From contig JASMLH010000002.1 in the NCBI GenBank assembly GCA_030748775.1, forward strand, positions 13,732-77,731: 64,000 nt of DNA, given 5' to 3'. The notes beneath the pieces were generated by a model that did no database searches, was not told the DNA's origin, and saw only the letters and a program-made list of their open reading frames with translations. Shown here in pieces: positions 26,826-36,192 of this stretch; positions within the stretch are counted from its first letter, which is position 1; each line of letters opens with the position of its first letter. The translations under genes were made by a program, and so were the position numbers. This DNA is from Candidatus Thalassarchaeaceae archaeon (GTDB taxonomy: Archaea > Thermoplasmatota > Poseidoniia > Poseidoniales > Thalassarchaeaceae).

Positions 26826-27758
26826 ATGGCCAAAGGTGCATCGGCTAGAGCGGCAGCTCGAAGGCAGAAAGACAAATGGAAGGCAAAGCGCTGGTTCTCA
26901 ATCAGAGCTCCCAGAAATCCCTGGTCGTTCAAGGTAATTGGTGAGACTATAGCGGAGGATGAATCCATGCTCGTTGACCGCCCCTATGAGGTCATGCAGA
27001 ACGAACTAGATGGTGACTTTTCCAAAATGCACGTCAAAATCAAGTTCAGAATAAAGGACGTCGTGGGAAACGATGCTCTGACCGAGTTCGTTGGCCATGA
27101 TGTGATGAAGGACTTTGTCAGACGACAAATTAGGCGAGACAGGGGTAAAGTTGACGATACGATAGATGTCGTTACCGATGATGGCTATTTCATCAGGATT
27201 AAGCCATTCATAGTGACTCGTTCTAGGGTCAAAGGAAGTCAGAAGCAGGAAACACGTAGCGTCGCTAGGAACGAGGTAATCACATTTTGTGCAAAGACAA
27301 CCTGGATAGGAGTTCAGCAAGCGCTATTGGACGGTTCTCTGGAGGAAAAAGTAACTAAGGCAGTTTCGAAGATTCAACCAGTCAGGGCCGTCTTCTTTCG
27401 TAAGAGCCAACTAATTCAGGACGGTGTGGTTATTGATGATGGGCCAACCCTCGAAGAAGTAAAGGCAGCTGAGAAGGCGTCAATAGAAGCAGCAAATCAG
27501 AGTTCCGAAGATGTGGTAATTGAGCCGGGTGAATCCGATGAGGAAACAGTAGATGTAGCAGAAATCGGAGACGATGAAATATCAGATGACTCGCTAGCCC
27601 ATGAAGAAAACGAAAGTGAAGAACCATCCGAAGAAGCCGGAGAGCCAACCTCAGATTTTGAATCAATGACTGTTGTACAATTGAAAGAGTTACTGAAGAA
27701 GGCAGGCAAGCCTGTTTCAGGAAAGAAAGCCGATCTGGTTGCACGTCTCTCGGAGTGA
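26826..27758 (+). CDS. rps3ae: Ribosomal protein eS1 (S3Ae) fused to an acidic linker and a C-terminal SAP domain
   Basis: N-terminal 200 aa: KDKWKAKRWFSIRAP...YEVMQNELDGDFSKMHVKIKFRI is typical of S3Ae. The C-terminus has a D/E-rich linker, then MTVVQLKELLKKAGKPVSGKKADLVARLSE, which matches the SAP motif. Confidence 0.9.
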   Translation: MAKGASARAAARRQKDKWKAKRWFSIRAPRNPWSFKVIGETIAEDESMLVDRPYEVMQNELDGDFSKMHVKIKFRIKDVVGNDALTEFVGHDVMKDFVRRQIRRDRGKVDDTIDVVTDDGYFIRIKPFIVTRSRVKGSQKQETRSVARNEVITFCAKTTWIGVQQALLDGSLEEKVTKAVSKIQPVRAVFFRKSQLIQDGVVIDDGPTLEEVKAAEKASIEAANQSSEDVVIEPGESDEETVDVAEIGDDEISDDSLAHEENESEEPSEEAGEPTSDFESMTVVQLKELLKKAGKPVSGKKADLVARLSE

Positions 27759-27762
27759 GGAG

Positions 27763-28521
27763 ATGCCCCGCATTGCGGTGCTTTGCGGAACTGGAATGAG
27801 CTCGTTTGCATCAGAACTACATTCCAAGGAAGGTATAGCTCCTGGTTGCATGATTGCTGAATCCCCGTGGGGAGATGTACCACTGTCAATCGTCAAGATG
27901 GAAAAAGGAGAAGTGGTAATTATTGATCGCCACTTCTCAAATTCGGATTCTAGGACCCCTCCACATTCGATAAATCATAAGGCCAATGTCCACGCCGCAA
28001 TTAGTAGTCAACCAGATATGGTTGTTAGCGTAAATTCAGTTGGCTCTATTCGTTCAGATTTGAAACCAGGAATGGTGACAGTGGCCGGAGACGTTCTCGA
28101 TCTGTCGATAAGGCCTTGGACATTTCATGATGACAATGCCATCCACACCGATCGAACCTCGATATTCAGTCAAGAAGCCTCAAACACGTGCAGCAAAGTA
28201 ATTTCTACAGTTCAGGATTCATCCCCTGCAGGTCTGGTTGTTGCACAATGTGTAGGCCCGCAATTCGAGAGTCCAGCTGAAATCGATGCTCTCGAGCGCT
28301 TAGGTGCCGATGTGGTTGGAATGACTCTCGGCCCCGAGTCAAGACTGATTTCCGAAACTATGCTTCCATACGTCTGCCTTCCATGTTGCTCTAATTGGGC
28401 CGCTGGAAGAACACCCGGTGACCCCAATGCAGAAATCTCTCACCACGAAGTAGATGAAATTGCATCAGGAATGAGGAATGTTGTGGCATCATGCATCATG
28501 TCTCTACTCGAAGAACTATAG
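27763..28521 (+). CDS. S-methyl-5'-thioadenosine / purine nucleoside phosphorylase family protein
   Basis: IAVLCGTGMSS, IDRH...PPHSINHKANV, VVGMTLGPESRL, and CCSNWAAG resemble MTAP/PNP family I-type motifs. ATG 27763 is preceded by GGAGTGAGGAG. Confidence 0.7.
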   Translation: MPRIAVLCGTGMSSFASELHSKEGIAPGCMIAESPWGDVPLSIVKMEKGEVVIIDRHFSNSDSRTPPHSINHKANVHAAISSQPDMVVSVNSVGSIRSDLKPGMVTVAGDVLDLSIRPWTFHDDNAIHTDRTSIFSQEASNTCSKVISTVQDSSPAGLVVAQCVGPQFESPAEIDALERLGADVVGMTLGPESRLISETMLPYVCLPCCSNWAAGRTPGDPNAEISHHEVDEIASGMRNVVASCIMSLLEEL

Positions 28522-28536
28522 AATTTGAATTTCGAA

Positions 28537-29061
28537 CTAGCCAAAGAATTCAATTTGTAATTCAGAAATTTGTTCCCGAGAAATAGCATTTGCGTATGCT
28601 TCAAGAGGTTCTTTATTCAGGTTTAGAAACTGCTCACCGAAATTGAACGGACGCAGGATAATCCGGGCTTGATCTTTGTAGCCCAATATTGCGAGAGATG
28701 CCGCTAGGGCTTCTACAGATGACAATCGCCCAACTTTTCCCCACGAAACAGGGTTTGCAGCGAGTAAAACCGGAAGAATCCTACTCTCCAGATTTGTCTT
28801 GTCTTCGATGAAACTTATCGACTCATGGATTTTCTTCCATGAGCAGTCAAGAACCACTAATGAAGCACCCAATTCGATTAATTCTTTGTCTTCGGGTCCC
28901 ATAATTACCGTTGCATGCGGATCAAGAAGATAGCCTCTGCGGGGGGCCGAATCTGCCTTGTTGTGGACCCTTGCAAGCCCCTGGGAGCCTAACTTCCTAG
29001 CTGTGCATTTTTTCGGGTCATCCTGTCCAAGATGAATCACATGAAGTGGTACAAGGCTCAC
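28537..29061 (-). CDS. tsr3: 16S rRNA aminocarboxypropyltransferase Tsr3
   Basis: 174 aa. HLGQDDPKKCTARKL and VLDCSWKK are Tsr3 (DUF367) hallmarks. Confidence 0.8.
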   Translation of the reverse strand: MSLVPLHVIHLGQDDPKKCTARKLGSQGLARVHNKADSAPRRGYLLDPHATVIMGPEDKELIELGASLVVLDCSWKKIHESISFIEDKTNLESRILPVLLAANPVSWGKVGRLSSVEALAASLAILGYKDQARIILRPFNFGEQFLNLNKEPLEAYANAISREQISELQIEFFG

Positions 29062-29064
29062 AAT

Positions 29065-29625
29065 CTATCTCCTATTTCTAGCACCTTTCCTTGATACTCC
29101 GAGCCTTCTGGCCTTCTTCCTAGGGGCCTTATCCATATTGCCAGTGCCGATTTCGGTTACAGCGTCCGAGATTGTCATTTCACTATGAGATGACGACTCG
29201 ACAACTCGAGAATTCCTAGGCGCTGCCTCAACGAATAGTTTGATTCCTAGTGACTTCGAAATCTTTTCCAGTATCGAATCTGTCGGCCTAATACCATTTT
29301 CCGCCTTTTGTATAGCTGATACTTTCAGGTTCATTGAACTAGCTAATTCAGACTGAGACAAGCCACTAATCTCTCTAGCCTTCCTAATCCTAGAATGGAA
29401 GTCTGGAGCTAACTCCATTTCCTCTTTGGTCATGATATCGACGCCTGAAACCCCCTTCCCGAGTACCCGGCTCTCGGGATTAGATTTGGGCAATTTCACA
29501 ATCCTACTCTCAACAGCTAAGCCCATAGAATCGATACACTTGGTGCAGCACTCGAGCAATGTTCCGCGCACAGTAGCTCTTCTTGTCGCGATTCCTTCGA
29601 ATCCGCATAGCTCACATGTGCCCAT
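29065..29625 (-). CDS. Archaeal MBF1-like protein (Zn ribbon plus Cro/C1 HTH) with basic C-terminal tail
   Basis: N-terminal CELCG...CCTKC. HTH GLSQSELASSMNLKVSAIQKAENG. Tail APRKKARRLGVSRKGARNRR. Confidence 0.8.
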   Translation of the reverse strand: MGTCELCGFEGIATRRATVRGTLLECCTKCIDSMGLAVESRIVKLPKSNPESRVLGKGVSGVDIMTKEEMELAPDFHSRIRKAREISGLSQSELASSMNLKVSAIQKAENGIRPTDSILEKISKSLGIKLFVEAAPRNSRVVESSSHSEMTISDAVTEIGTGNMDKAPRKKARRLGVSRKGARNRR

Positions 29626-29695
29626 GGCTAACCCAACATCTCGTGTAACATGATACCTTCGCAGGTGTCATAAACACGTGCCAAGAAGGCGAATC

Positions 29696-30928
29696 ATGGC
29701 AAGTGAGGCTGGTGAGGACACGAAAGAAGGGATTTCTAACTTGTCAGACAGTGCAAAAGACGATGCCTTAGATAGACTATCTAGAGATTTTGATGAGCTC
29801 TCAGAACAGGCACAGCAACTCCTTACTGAGAAGCTATTTCTTGAGAATGAGTTTTCTCAGTTGAAGAAGCGTGCCAACCGTCTTGACGAAGAATTGCGAA
29901 ATATCAAGACGCCACCACTAGTAATTGGCTACATTCAGGACATCATTGACGAACATGCAATCGTTCGAAGCTCCAATGGGACGGTATTCTTGGTTTCAGT
30001 AAATAGGAGACTCGATATTTCTGATATGAAACCGGGGACTAGAGTCGCACTCAACCAAGATACCTTGTCTGTAGTAGAGGTTCTATCTGACTCATGGGAC
30101 CCCCTCGTTAGCAGTGCAGAAATTATCGACAGTCCATCGATCGACTACCAATCAATTGGGGGCCTAGAAGAACAGATTAAGGAGATTAGGGAGGCAGTAG
30201 AACTGCCTTTCGAAAACCCCGATGCGTTCATTGAATTGGGAATTGAACCCCCCAAGGGGGTATTGCTAACCGGACCCCCTGGGACAGGAAAGACAATGCT
30301 CGCCAAAGCAGTGGCAAACTCGACAAAGGCTACATTCCTCGGCCTTGTTGGTGCAGAGCTTGCTCAGAAGTACATCGGAGAGGGTGGAAGAATGGTCAGA
30401 GAGCTATTCGATCTGGCTAAACAGAAGGCTCCGTCAATTATCTTCATAGACGAATTGGATTCCATAGGTTCCAAACGTCTCGATACTGCAACTTCTGGCG
30501 ATAGAGAGGTCCAGAGGACGCTTATGCAGCTTCTCTCAGAAATGGACGGGTTCGAGACCCTAGACGACGTGAAGATCATCGCTGCCACAAACAGGCCAGA
30601 GTTACTTGATGCGGCACTGTTGAGACCGGGCCGTTTTGATAGGATAATCGAGATACCTCTCCCTGACATTGACGCGAGGGAGACAATATATGGAGTCCAT
30701 ACGAAATCTATGCCCATTGAAAAGAAGGTTGGATTGCGCTACCTTTCTAGCATCTCAGAAGGATTCAGTGGGGCCGAAATCAAGTCATCTGTTGTTGAGG
30801 CTGGAATAAATGCAATCTCAGATGGGCGAAAGATAGTATCAAAATCTGATTTCATAGCGGCAATTAAGAAGGTCGAGAATAAGAGAAAGGACTCTGAAAA
30901 CAGCTCCTCTGAGGGACTCTACCGATAA
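29696..30928 (+). CDS. pan: Proteasome-activating nucleotidase (PAN, AAA+ ATPase)
   Basis: N-terminal coiled coil and OB region. Walker A GPPGTGKTMLAKAVA. Walker B IIFIDELD. Second region of homology ATNRPELLDAALLRPGRFDR. GTG 29678 is an alternative start. Confidence 0.93.
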   Translation: MASEAGEDTKEGISNLSDSAKDDALDRLSRDFDELSEQAQQLLTEKLFLENEFSQLKKRANRLDEELRNIKTPPLVIGYIQDIIDEHAIVRSSNGTVFLVSVNRRLDISDMKPGTRVALNQDTLSVVEVLSDSWDPLVSSAEIIDSPSIDYQSIGGLEEQIKEIREAVELPFENPDAFIELGIEPPKGVLLTGPPGTGKTMLAKAVANSTKATFLGLVGAELAQKYIGEGGRMVRELFDLAKQKAPSIIFIDELDSIGSKRLDTATSGDREVQRTLMQLLSEMDGFETLDDVKIIAATNRPELLDAALLRPGRFDRIIEIPLPDIDARETIYGVHTKSMPIEKKVGLRYLSSISEGFSGAEIKSSVVEAGINAISDGRKIVSKSDFIAAIKKVENKRKDSENSSSEGLYR

Positions 30929-30963
30929 GTAAATCTCTTCATTGATGCTGCTTTCCAAGGCAC

Positions 30964-32004
30964 GTGCCTCAACCACTTGTGGAATGCGTTCCTAACTTTA
31001 GCGAAGGCCGTGACAAGTCAGTAATAGACAGGATTTCGGCATCGATTGAGGCTGTTCCGGGTGTCACACTACTCGATGTTGACATGGGTTCTGACTTCAA
31101 TAGGACAGTGGTCACGATGGTAGGCCATCCTGATGACGTTATCAAAGCGGCAATTGACTGCACTTCTGTCGCTTCGGAGCTCATTGATATGAGGGGTCAC
31201 AGTGGTGAGCACGCTAGGATGGGCGCTGTAGACGTTGTTCCATTCATTCCAATCAGAGATGTATCTATGGAGGAATGCGTCCGCCTCTCTGAAATTTATG
31301 CAGAGATGGTATCTCACAAACTAGACCTTCCAGTATATCTCTATGCGGAGGCTGCTAGGAGTGAGCAAAGAGTTCGGCTACCAGACATCAGGAGAGGAGA
31401 GTATGAAGGACTGCAAGATAAGATCCAATCCGAGGAATGGGCTCCAGACTACGGGCCCAGAGAATTCAACCCAAAGCTCGGTGCTACAGCTACTGGAGCT
31501 AGGCAGATATTAATCGCATACAATGTGAACCTGGACTCCGATGACAAAGCCAAGGCAAACTCGGTCGCATCCATGATTCGAACAAGCGGATACTTGGTGA
31601 AGGACGAGAACGGTCAGAAGATTATCGGCGATGACGGGAAGCCTCTTCGGAAGCCTGGAAAATTTGAAGCTCTCCAGGCAGCTGGTTGGATGTACGATGA
31701 GTCTACTGCCCAAGTATCGATGAATCTCCTTGACCACAGGGTGACAGGGCTTCATCATGTAACCGAAGCAATCCGTGAGGAGGCTCGGAAGATTGGCTTG
31801 AACGCAGTTGCTGGGGAGCTAGTGGGACTAGTCCCTTTGGAGGCTATGATTTCAGCAGGTAGGCATTATCACAAAGAACCAGGATCTGCTCTCGAATCGT
31901 CACTAGTCGATGCAGCAATTAATGGCCTAATGCTCGACATACTTGGTGAATTTGATCCCAAATCAAGTATTATTGAATGGGCCATTAGTGAGGCGTTGGG
32001 ATGA
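30964..32004 (+). CDS. Glutamate formimidoyltransferase (FTCD N-terminal-domain homolog)
   Basis: 346 aa. VECVPNFSEGRD at the N-terminus is the family hallmark. GTG start. Confidence 0.85.
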   Translation: MPQPLVECVPNFSEGRDKSVIDRISASIEAVPGVTLLDVDMGSDFNRTVVTMVGHPDDVIKAAIDCTSVASELIDMRGHSGEHARMGAVDVVPFIPIRDVSMEECVRLSEIYAEMVSHKLDLPVYLYAEAARSEQRVRLPDIRRGEYEGLQDKIQSEEWAPDYGPREFNPKLGATATGARQILIAYNVNLDSDDKAKANSVASMIRTSGYLVKDENGQKIIGDDGKPLRKPGKFEALQAAGWMYDESTAQVSMNLLDHRVTGLHHVTEAIREEARKIGLNAVAGELVGLVPLEAMISAGRHYHKEPGSALESSLVDAAINGLMLDILGEFDPKSSIIEWAISEALG

Positions 32005-32624
32005 ATGAGGGATACGAGGAAGTACTCAGAGCAATAGCATCCTCAGACCCTACTCCTGGTGGTGGATCCGTTGCAGCACTGTCCTTGGCTCACGCACAAT
32101 GCCTGACCATCATGGTAGCTAGACTCACAGTTGGCAAGGAGAAGTGGTCGGATGGACACGAAGCTGCAGAGTTAATCATCTCGAAGTGGGATCCTAGGAT
32201 GGGCGTAGCTATTGGACTGGCAAAGAAGGACGCACTTGCATTTGACCAGGTGATGGGGGCATATCGTCTTCCAAAGAGGGACGAAAAAGAGAAGGAATTC
32301 CGACAGTCGACTATCAGAAAAGCAACAATAGGGGCTGCACAGGCTCCTCTGGAAACAGCGACAGAAGCATTGGATCTTCTGCACGATATCGAGTCCTTCA
32401 GTCATATATGCAACTCAAATGCATTGACGGACCTTGCTTCGGCAGCGGAGCTATCGAGTTCTGCTGTTATTATCGCATCGATGAATGTTCGAATTAATCT
32501 GGATTTCATCAAAGGGGAAGATGTTGATGAACTCTCGATGAGATTGGATACGGTAGTGGGGGAATCTGACTCCTCACTAGAGCGGATTAGGTCCAAAGTT
32601 TTCGAGAGGCTTGGTTGGAAATGA
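32001..32624 (+). CDS. Formimidoyltetrahydrofolate cyclodeaminase
   Basis: 207 aa. PTPGGGSVAALSLAHA and the all-helical remainder are typical of the cyclodeaminase domain. 4-nt overlap with the formimidoyltransferase gene. Confidence 0.8.
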   Translation: MNEGYEEVLRAIASSDPTPGGGSVAALSLAHAQCLTIMVARLTVGKEKWSDGHEAAELIISKWDPRMGVAIGLAKKDALAFDQVMGAYRLPKRDEKEKEFRQSTIRKATIGAAQAPLETATEALDLLHDIESFSHICNSNALTDLASAAELSSSAVIIASMNVRINLDFIKGEDVDELSMRLDTVVGESDSSLERIRSKVFERLGWK

Positions 32625-34636
32625 AATTTAACAAAGCCCCCTTTCATGGTATCCCTGATACTCTTCCACCACCCAAGGACATAGATCCTTCAGTCCCGCA
32701 TGCCCCTCCAAGACCCCAAGTTCTGGACGAAAGAGATAGGTCATTGTCAATAGAGAATGCATTGAGGTATTTCCCGGAAGATTGGCACGAGACTCTTGCC
32801 AAGGAGTTCCTGGATGAGCTGGACCAGCTAGGCCACATATACATGCATAGGTTCAGGCCAGACTACGAAATGTATGCCAGACCAATCACGGATTACAATG
32901 CAAATTCTGAGTATGCAGCGGCAATAATGTTGATGATTCAGAACAACCTCGATCCAAATGTAGCTCAATTTCCTCACGAATTGATTACCTATGGGGCCAA
33001 TGGGGCCGTTTTCCAGAACTGGGCCCAGTACCTGCTAACCATGGGTTATCTGAGCAAGATGAGCGAAGACCAGACATTAGTAATGTACTCGGGTCATCCT
33101 CTGGGGCTTTTCCCTTCTAACAAAGAATCACCGATGGTGGTTGTCACAAATGGCATGGTAATCCCAAATTACTCTAGTCAATTGGATTATGAGCGGATGA
33201 ACGCCCTGGGAGTATCTCAATACGGACAAATGACGGCCGGTTCGTACATGTACATAGGTCCTCAGGGTATCGTTCACGGGACAACTATCACGCTACTAAA
33301 CGCAGCCAGGAAGTACCTTGGAAAGACCTCAGAAGAAGGCCTAGGGGGCGTGCTCTACGTCACTTCTGGCCTCGGGGGGATGTCTGGGGCCCAGGCCAAG
33401 GCCGCGGTGATTGCTGGTGCAGTTTGCATCATCGCGGAAGTCGACCCATTCCCTGCAAGAAAGAGGCATTCACAGGGATGGCTAACAGAGCTACATGAAG
33501 ACATCGAGCAGCTTGTGGATCGTGCGGAGCAGGCCATATCCAGAAAGGAGGCAATCTCTCTGGGATATGTAGGCAATATAGTTGAACTGCTTGAGTATCT
33601 GGTGGAGAGGGGAACAAATGTCGATCTTGCTAGCGATCAGACCAGCCTACACAATCCATGGTTAGGGGGATACATTCCTGCTGATTTAACACTCGCAGAT
33701 AGTGTAGAAATGATAAAGGCAGATCCTGCCAAATTCAAGGAATCAGTCCATCATTCACTAAGGAGGCACGTAGCAGCTATCAACACTCTATGCTCAAACG
33801 GGACTCGTTTCTGGGATTACGGAAACGCATTCCTCCTAGAGTCAAGTAGAGCTGGCGCGGACATCAACAAAGAGGACGGCTCCTTTCTCTATCCATCATA
33901 CGTGGAGGACATAATGGGTCCAATGTGCTTCGACTATGGGTTCGGACCGTTCAGATGGGTATGCACCTCAGGTGAGGAGAGTGATTTGAGGAAGACCGAT
34001 CAGATTGCAAAGGACGTCCTTGAGGAATTATCGGACAGTTGTCCGGATGAAATTCGTACACAGTACATGGACAACATAAGATGGATCAACGAGGCAGAGA
34101 AGCATGGGTTGGTGGTTGGTAGCAAGTCTAGGATCCTATACGCGGATGAAGTAGGAAGGAGGGCAATAGCGAGTCAATTCAACAATGCTATCTCTGACGG
34201 GACCGTAACCGCCCCAATTGTACTAGGTCGTGATCATCACGACGTAAGTGGAACTGACAGCCCATATAGGGAGACTGCGAACATATACGACGGCTCAATG
34301 TTCACTGCAGACATGTCCGTTCAGAACTTCGTCGGTGACTCGTTCAGGGGTGCAACATGGGTAAGCCTACACAATGGGGGGGGTGTTGGCTGGGGGGAGG
34401 TCATTAACGGTGGATTCGGGCTAGTTATCGATGGGTCGGAAAAATCTCAGAATAATATCGATTCTATGATATCATGGGATGTGAATAACGGCCTAGCTAG
34501 GAGGTCATGGGCGAGGAATCCAGCAGCAAGGTCAGCAATCTCCAGGGCCATGGAATCCGATGATAGGATTATCGTCACTATGCCTAACATAGTGAAGGAT
34601 AACGTGCTAAAGGACTTGTTTGAAGATACTCGATGA
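32615..34636 (+). CDS. hutU: Urocanate hydratase, long (about 670 aa) form
   Basis: GLGGMSGAQAKAAVIAG, RFWDYGNAF, and VSLHNGGGVGWGE. The N-terminus NALRYFPEDWHETLAKEF...GHIYMHRFRP belongs, as I recall, to the long eukaryote/Bacteroidota-type urocanase. Confidence 0.93.
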   Translation: MEMKFNKAPFHGIPDTLPPPKDIDPSVPHAPPRPQVLDERDRSLSIENALRYFPEDWHETLAKEFLDELDQLGHIYMHRFRPDYEMYARPITDYNANSEYAAAIMLMIQNNLDPNVAQFPHELITYGANGAVFQNWAQYLLTMGYLSKMSEDQTLVMYSGHPLGLFPSNKESPMVVVTNGMVIPNYSSQLDYERMNALGVSQYGQMTAGSYMYIGPQGIVHGTTITLLNAARKYLGKTSEEGLGGVLYVTSGLGGMSGAQAKAAVIAGAVCIIAEVDPFPARKRHSQGWLTELHEDIEQLVDRAEQAISRKEAISLGYVGNIVELLEYLVERGTNVDLASDQTSLHNPWLGGYIPADLTLADSVEMIKADPAKFKESVHHSLRRHVAAINTLCSNGTRFWDYGNAFLLESSRAGADINKEDGSFLYPSYVEDIMGPMCFDYGFGPFRWVCTSGEESDLRKTDQIAKDVLEELSDSCPDEIRTQYMDNIRWINEAEKHGLVVGSKSRILYADEVGRRAIASQFNNAISDGTVTAPIVLGRDHHDVSGTDSPYRETANIYDGSMFTADMSVQNFVGDSFRGATWVSLHNGGGVGWGEVINGGFGLVIDGSEKSQNNIDSMISWDVNNGLARRSWARNPAARSAISRAMESDDRIIVTMPNIVKDNVLKDLFEDTR

Positions 34637-36192
34637 CTCTATTTGGGAATCGCGGTTCGAAGCCCCTAATGGTGGATATCCAGATAGATGGCGACTCCTT
34701 AACTCTGGAGCAGGCAATGGCTATCGCAAACGGCCAATCCACTGCATCTCTATCTAGAGAATCAAGGGCCAAGATGGGGGAATCATGCTCCGCAGTAGAG
34801 GAGATTTTACGTTCTGGAGATACCGTATACGGGATTAACACTGGTTTCGGGGCAATGTCATCGGTCAGAATTGAAGACGACGAAATCGAGGCTCTCCAGG
34901 CAAATCTGGTCAGGAGCCATGCCTGTGGTGTCGGTGATAGGATGGAGCCAGAGCACGTCCTCCTGATGATGGTGTTTAGGGCCAACTCAATCGCGAAGGG
35001 GGTTTCCGGCTCGAGACCCGAGGTAGTTGACCTAATTCTCTCGATGGTTAACTCAAGAATATCGCCCGAAGTACCCCGAATCGGGTCTCTCGGAGCATCA
35101 GGAGATCTCGCTCCGCTCTCGCACATGGCATTGTCCATGATGGGTGAGGGAAAATGCTCAGTCTACAATAATGGTGAGTGGGAAACCCGCGAAAGCAAGG
35201 ATGCCCTATCCGAAGCCGGTCTGGAACCGATAAAACTCCGAGCTAAGGAAGGACTCTCACTGATAAATGGGACAAGCCAGATGTGCGCTTTCCTAGCAAT
35301 TACCATCTTGAACATGGAGGCTCTTTCATTCGCTGCTGACGCCTCAATAGCATGCTCATTGGAGGCCATTAGGGGTTCTCAGAAGCCATTTGACTCCAGA
35401 ATCCATGCATCAAGGCCGCAATTCGGACAAACCCTCTCCGCTGCTAGGATATTGGAACATCTGTCTGGGTCCGAGATTTCGTCGTCAGATGCAGATTACG
35501 ACAGAGTTCAGGATGCATACTGCTTCAGGTGCGCACCCCAGGTACACGGCCCTGTAATCGAACTACTAAGAGAAACTAGGCGGATGCTGGAAATAGAGGT
35601 CAACAGTGCTACAGACAACCCCCTGGTCTTCGTGGATGGGGATGTTGCTGAAATAATCAGTGGAGGTAATTTCCATGGACAAAATCTTGCTTTAGCCAGT
35701 GATGCGATTGCTATTGCATGTCATGAACTGGCCACAATCTCAGAGAGAAGGATAAATCAGATAATGGATCCAAAGTGGAGCGGTCAGAAGGCATTCCTCG
35801 CCAACAAAGAGGGACTTGAGAGCGGACTGATGATTATTCAGTACGTAGCTGCCTCGATAATTTCAGAACTGCACCTCCTAGCAAACCCTGCTACTACGTG
35901 CAATGTCCCGGTCAGCATGGGAAAGGAGGACCACGTTTCCATGGGCTCAACGGGTTGTTACAGGGCGCTTCGCTCATCCATGTTACTTTCCCAGGTGATA
36001 GCAAACGAGATGGTTTGCTCTTCGGAGGCTCTGGATAGAATAGACCAGAAGGCCGGAGAAGGAGTAACCAAGATTCACACATGGGTCAGGGGTTTTGTCT
36101 CGCCATTAGAGGGTGATAGGACTATGACCGAAGAGTGTGAGGCTTTGTCGGAAGCATTAGTCGGAGGGCATCTGTCTAGCATTATTGGGTGA
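34633..36192 (+). CDS. hutH: Histidine ammonia-lyase
   Basis: 519 aa. MIO-forming GSLGASGDLAPLSH, plus YGINTGFG and NFHGQ. Confidence 0.95.
   Translation: MTLFGNRGSKPLMVDIQIDGDSLTLEQAMAIANGQSTASLSRESRAKMGESCSAVEEILRSGDTVYGINTGFGAMSSVRIEDDEIEALQANLVRSHACGVGDRMEPEHVLLMMVFRANSIAKGVSGSRPEVVDLILSMVNSRISPEVPRIGSLGASGDLAPLSHMALSMMGEGKCSVYNNGEWETRESKDALSEAGLEPIKLRAKEGLSLINGTSQMCAFLAITILNMEALSFAADASIACSLEAIRGSQKPFDSRIHASRPQFGQTLSAARILEHLSGSEISSSDADYDRVQDAYCFRCAPQVHGPVIELLRETRRMLEIEVNSATDNPLVFVDGDVAEIISGGNFHGQNLALASDAIAIACHELATISERRINQIMDPKWSGQKAFLANKEGLESGLMIIQYVAASIISELHLLANPATTCNVPVSMGKEDHVSMGSTGCYRALRSSMLLSQVIANEMVCSSEALDRIDQKAGEGVTKIHTWVRGFVSPLEGDRTMTEECEALSEALVGGHLSSIIG

Noticed and set aside
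26696-26968. N-terminal 91 codons of track ORF 26261..26968.
   Set aside because: This part would overlap the rps3ae start and leave no divergent promoter. The sequence is not protein-like (Ala/Leu-rich shadow). Internal ATG 26695 gives a family-typical length of about 144 aa.
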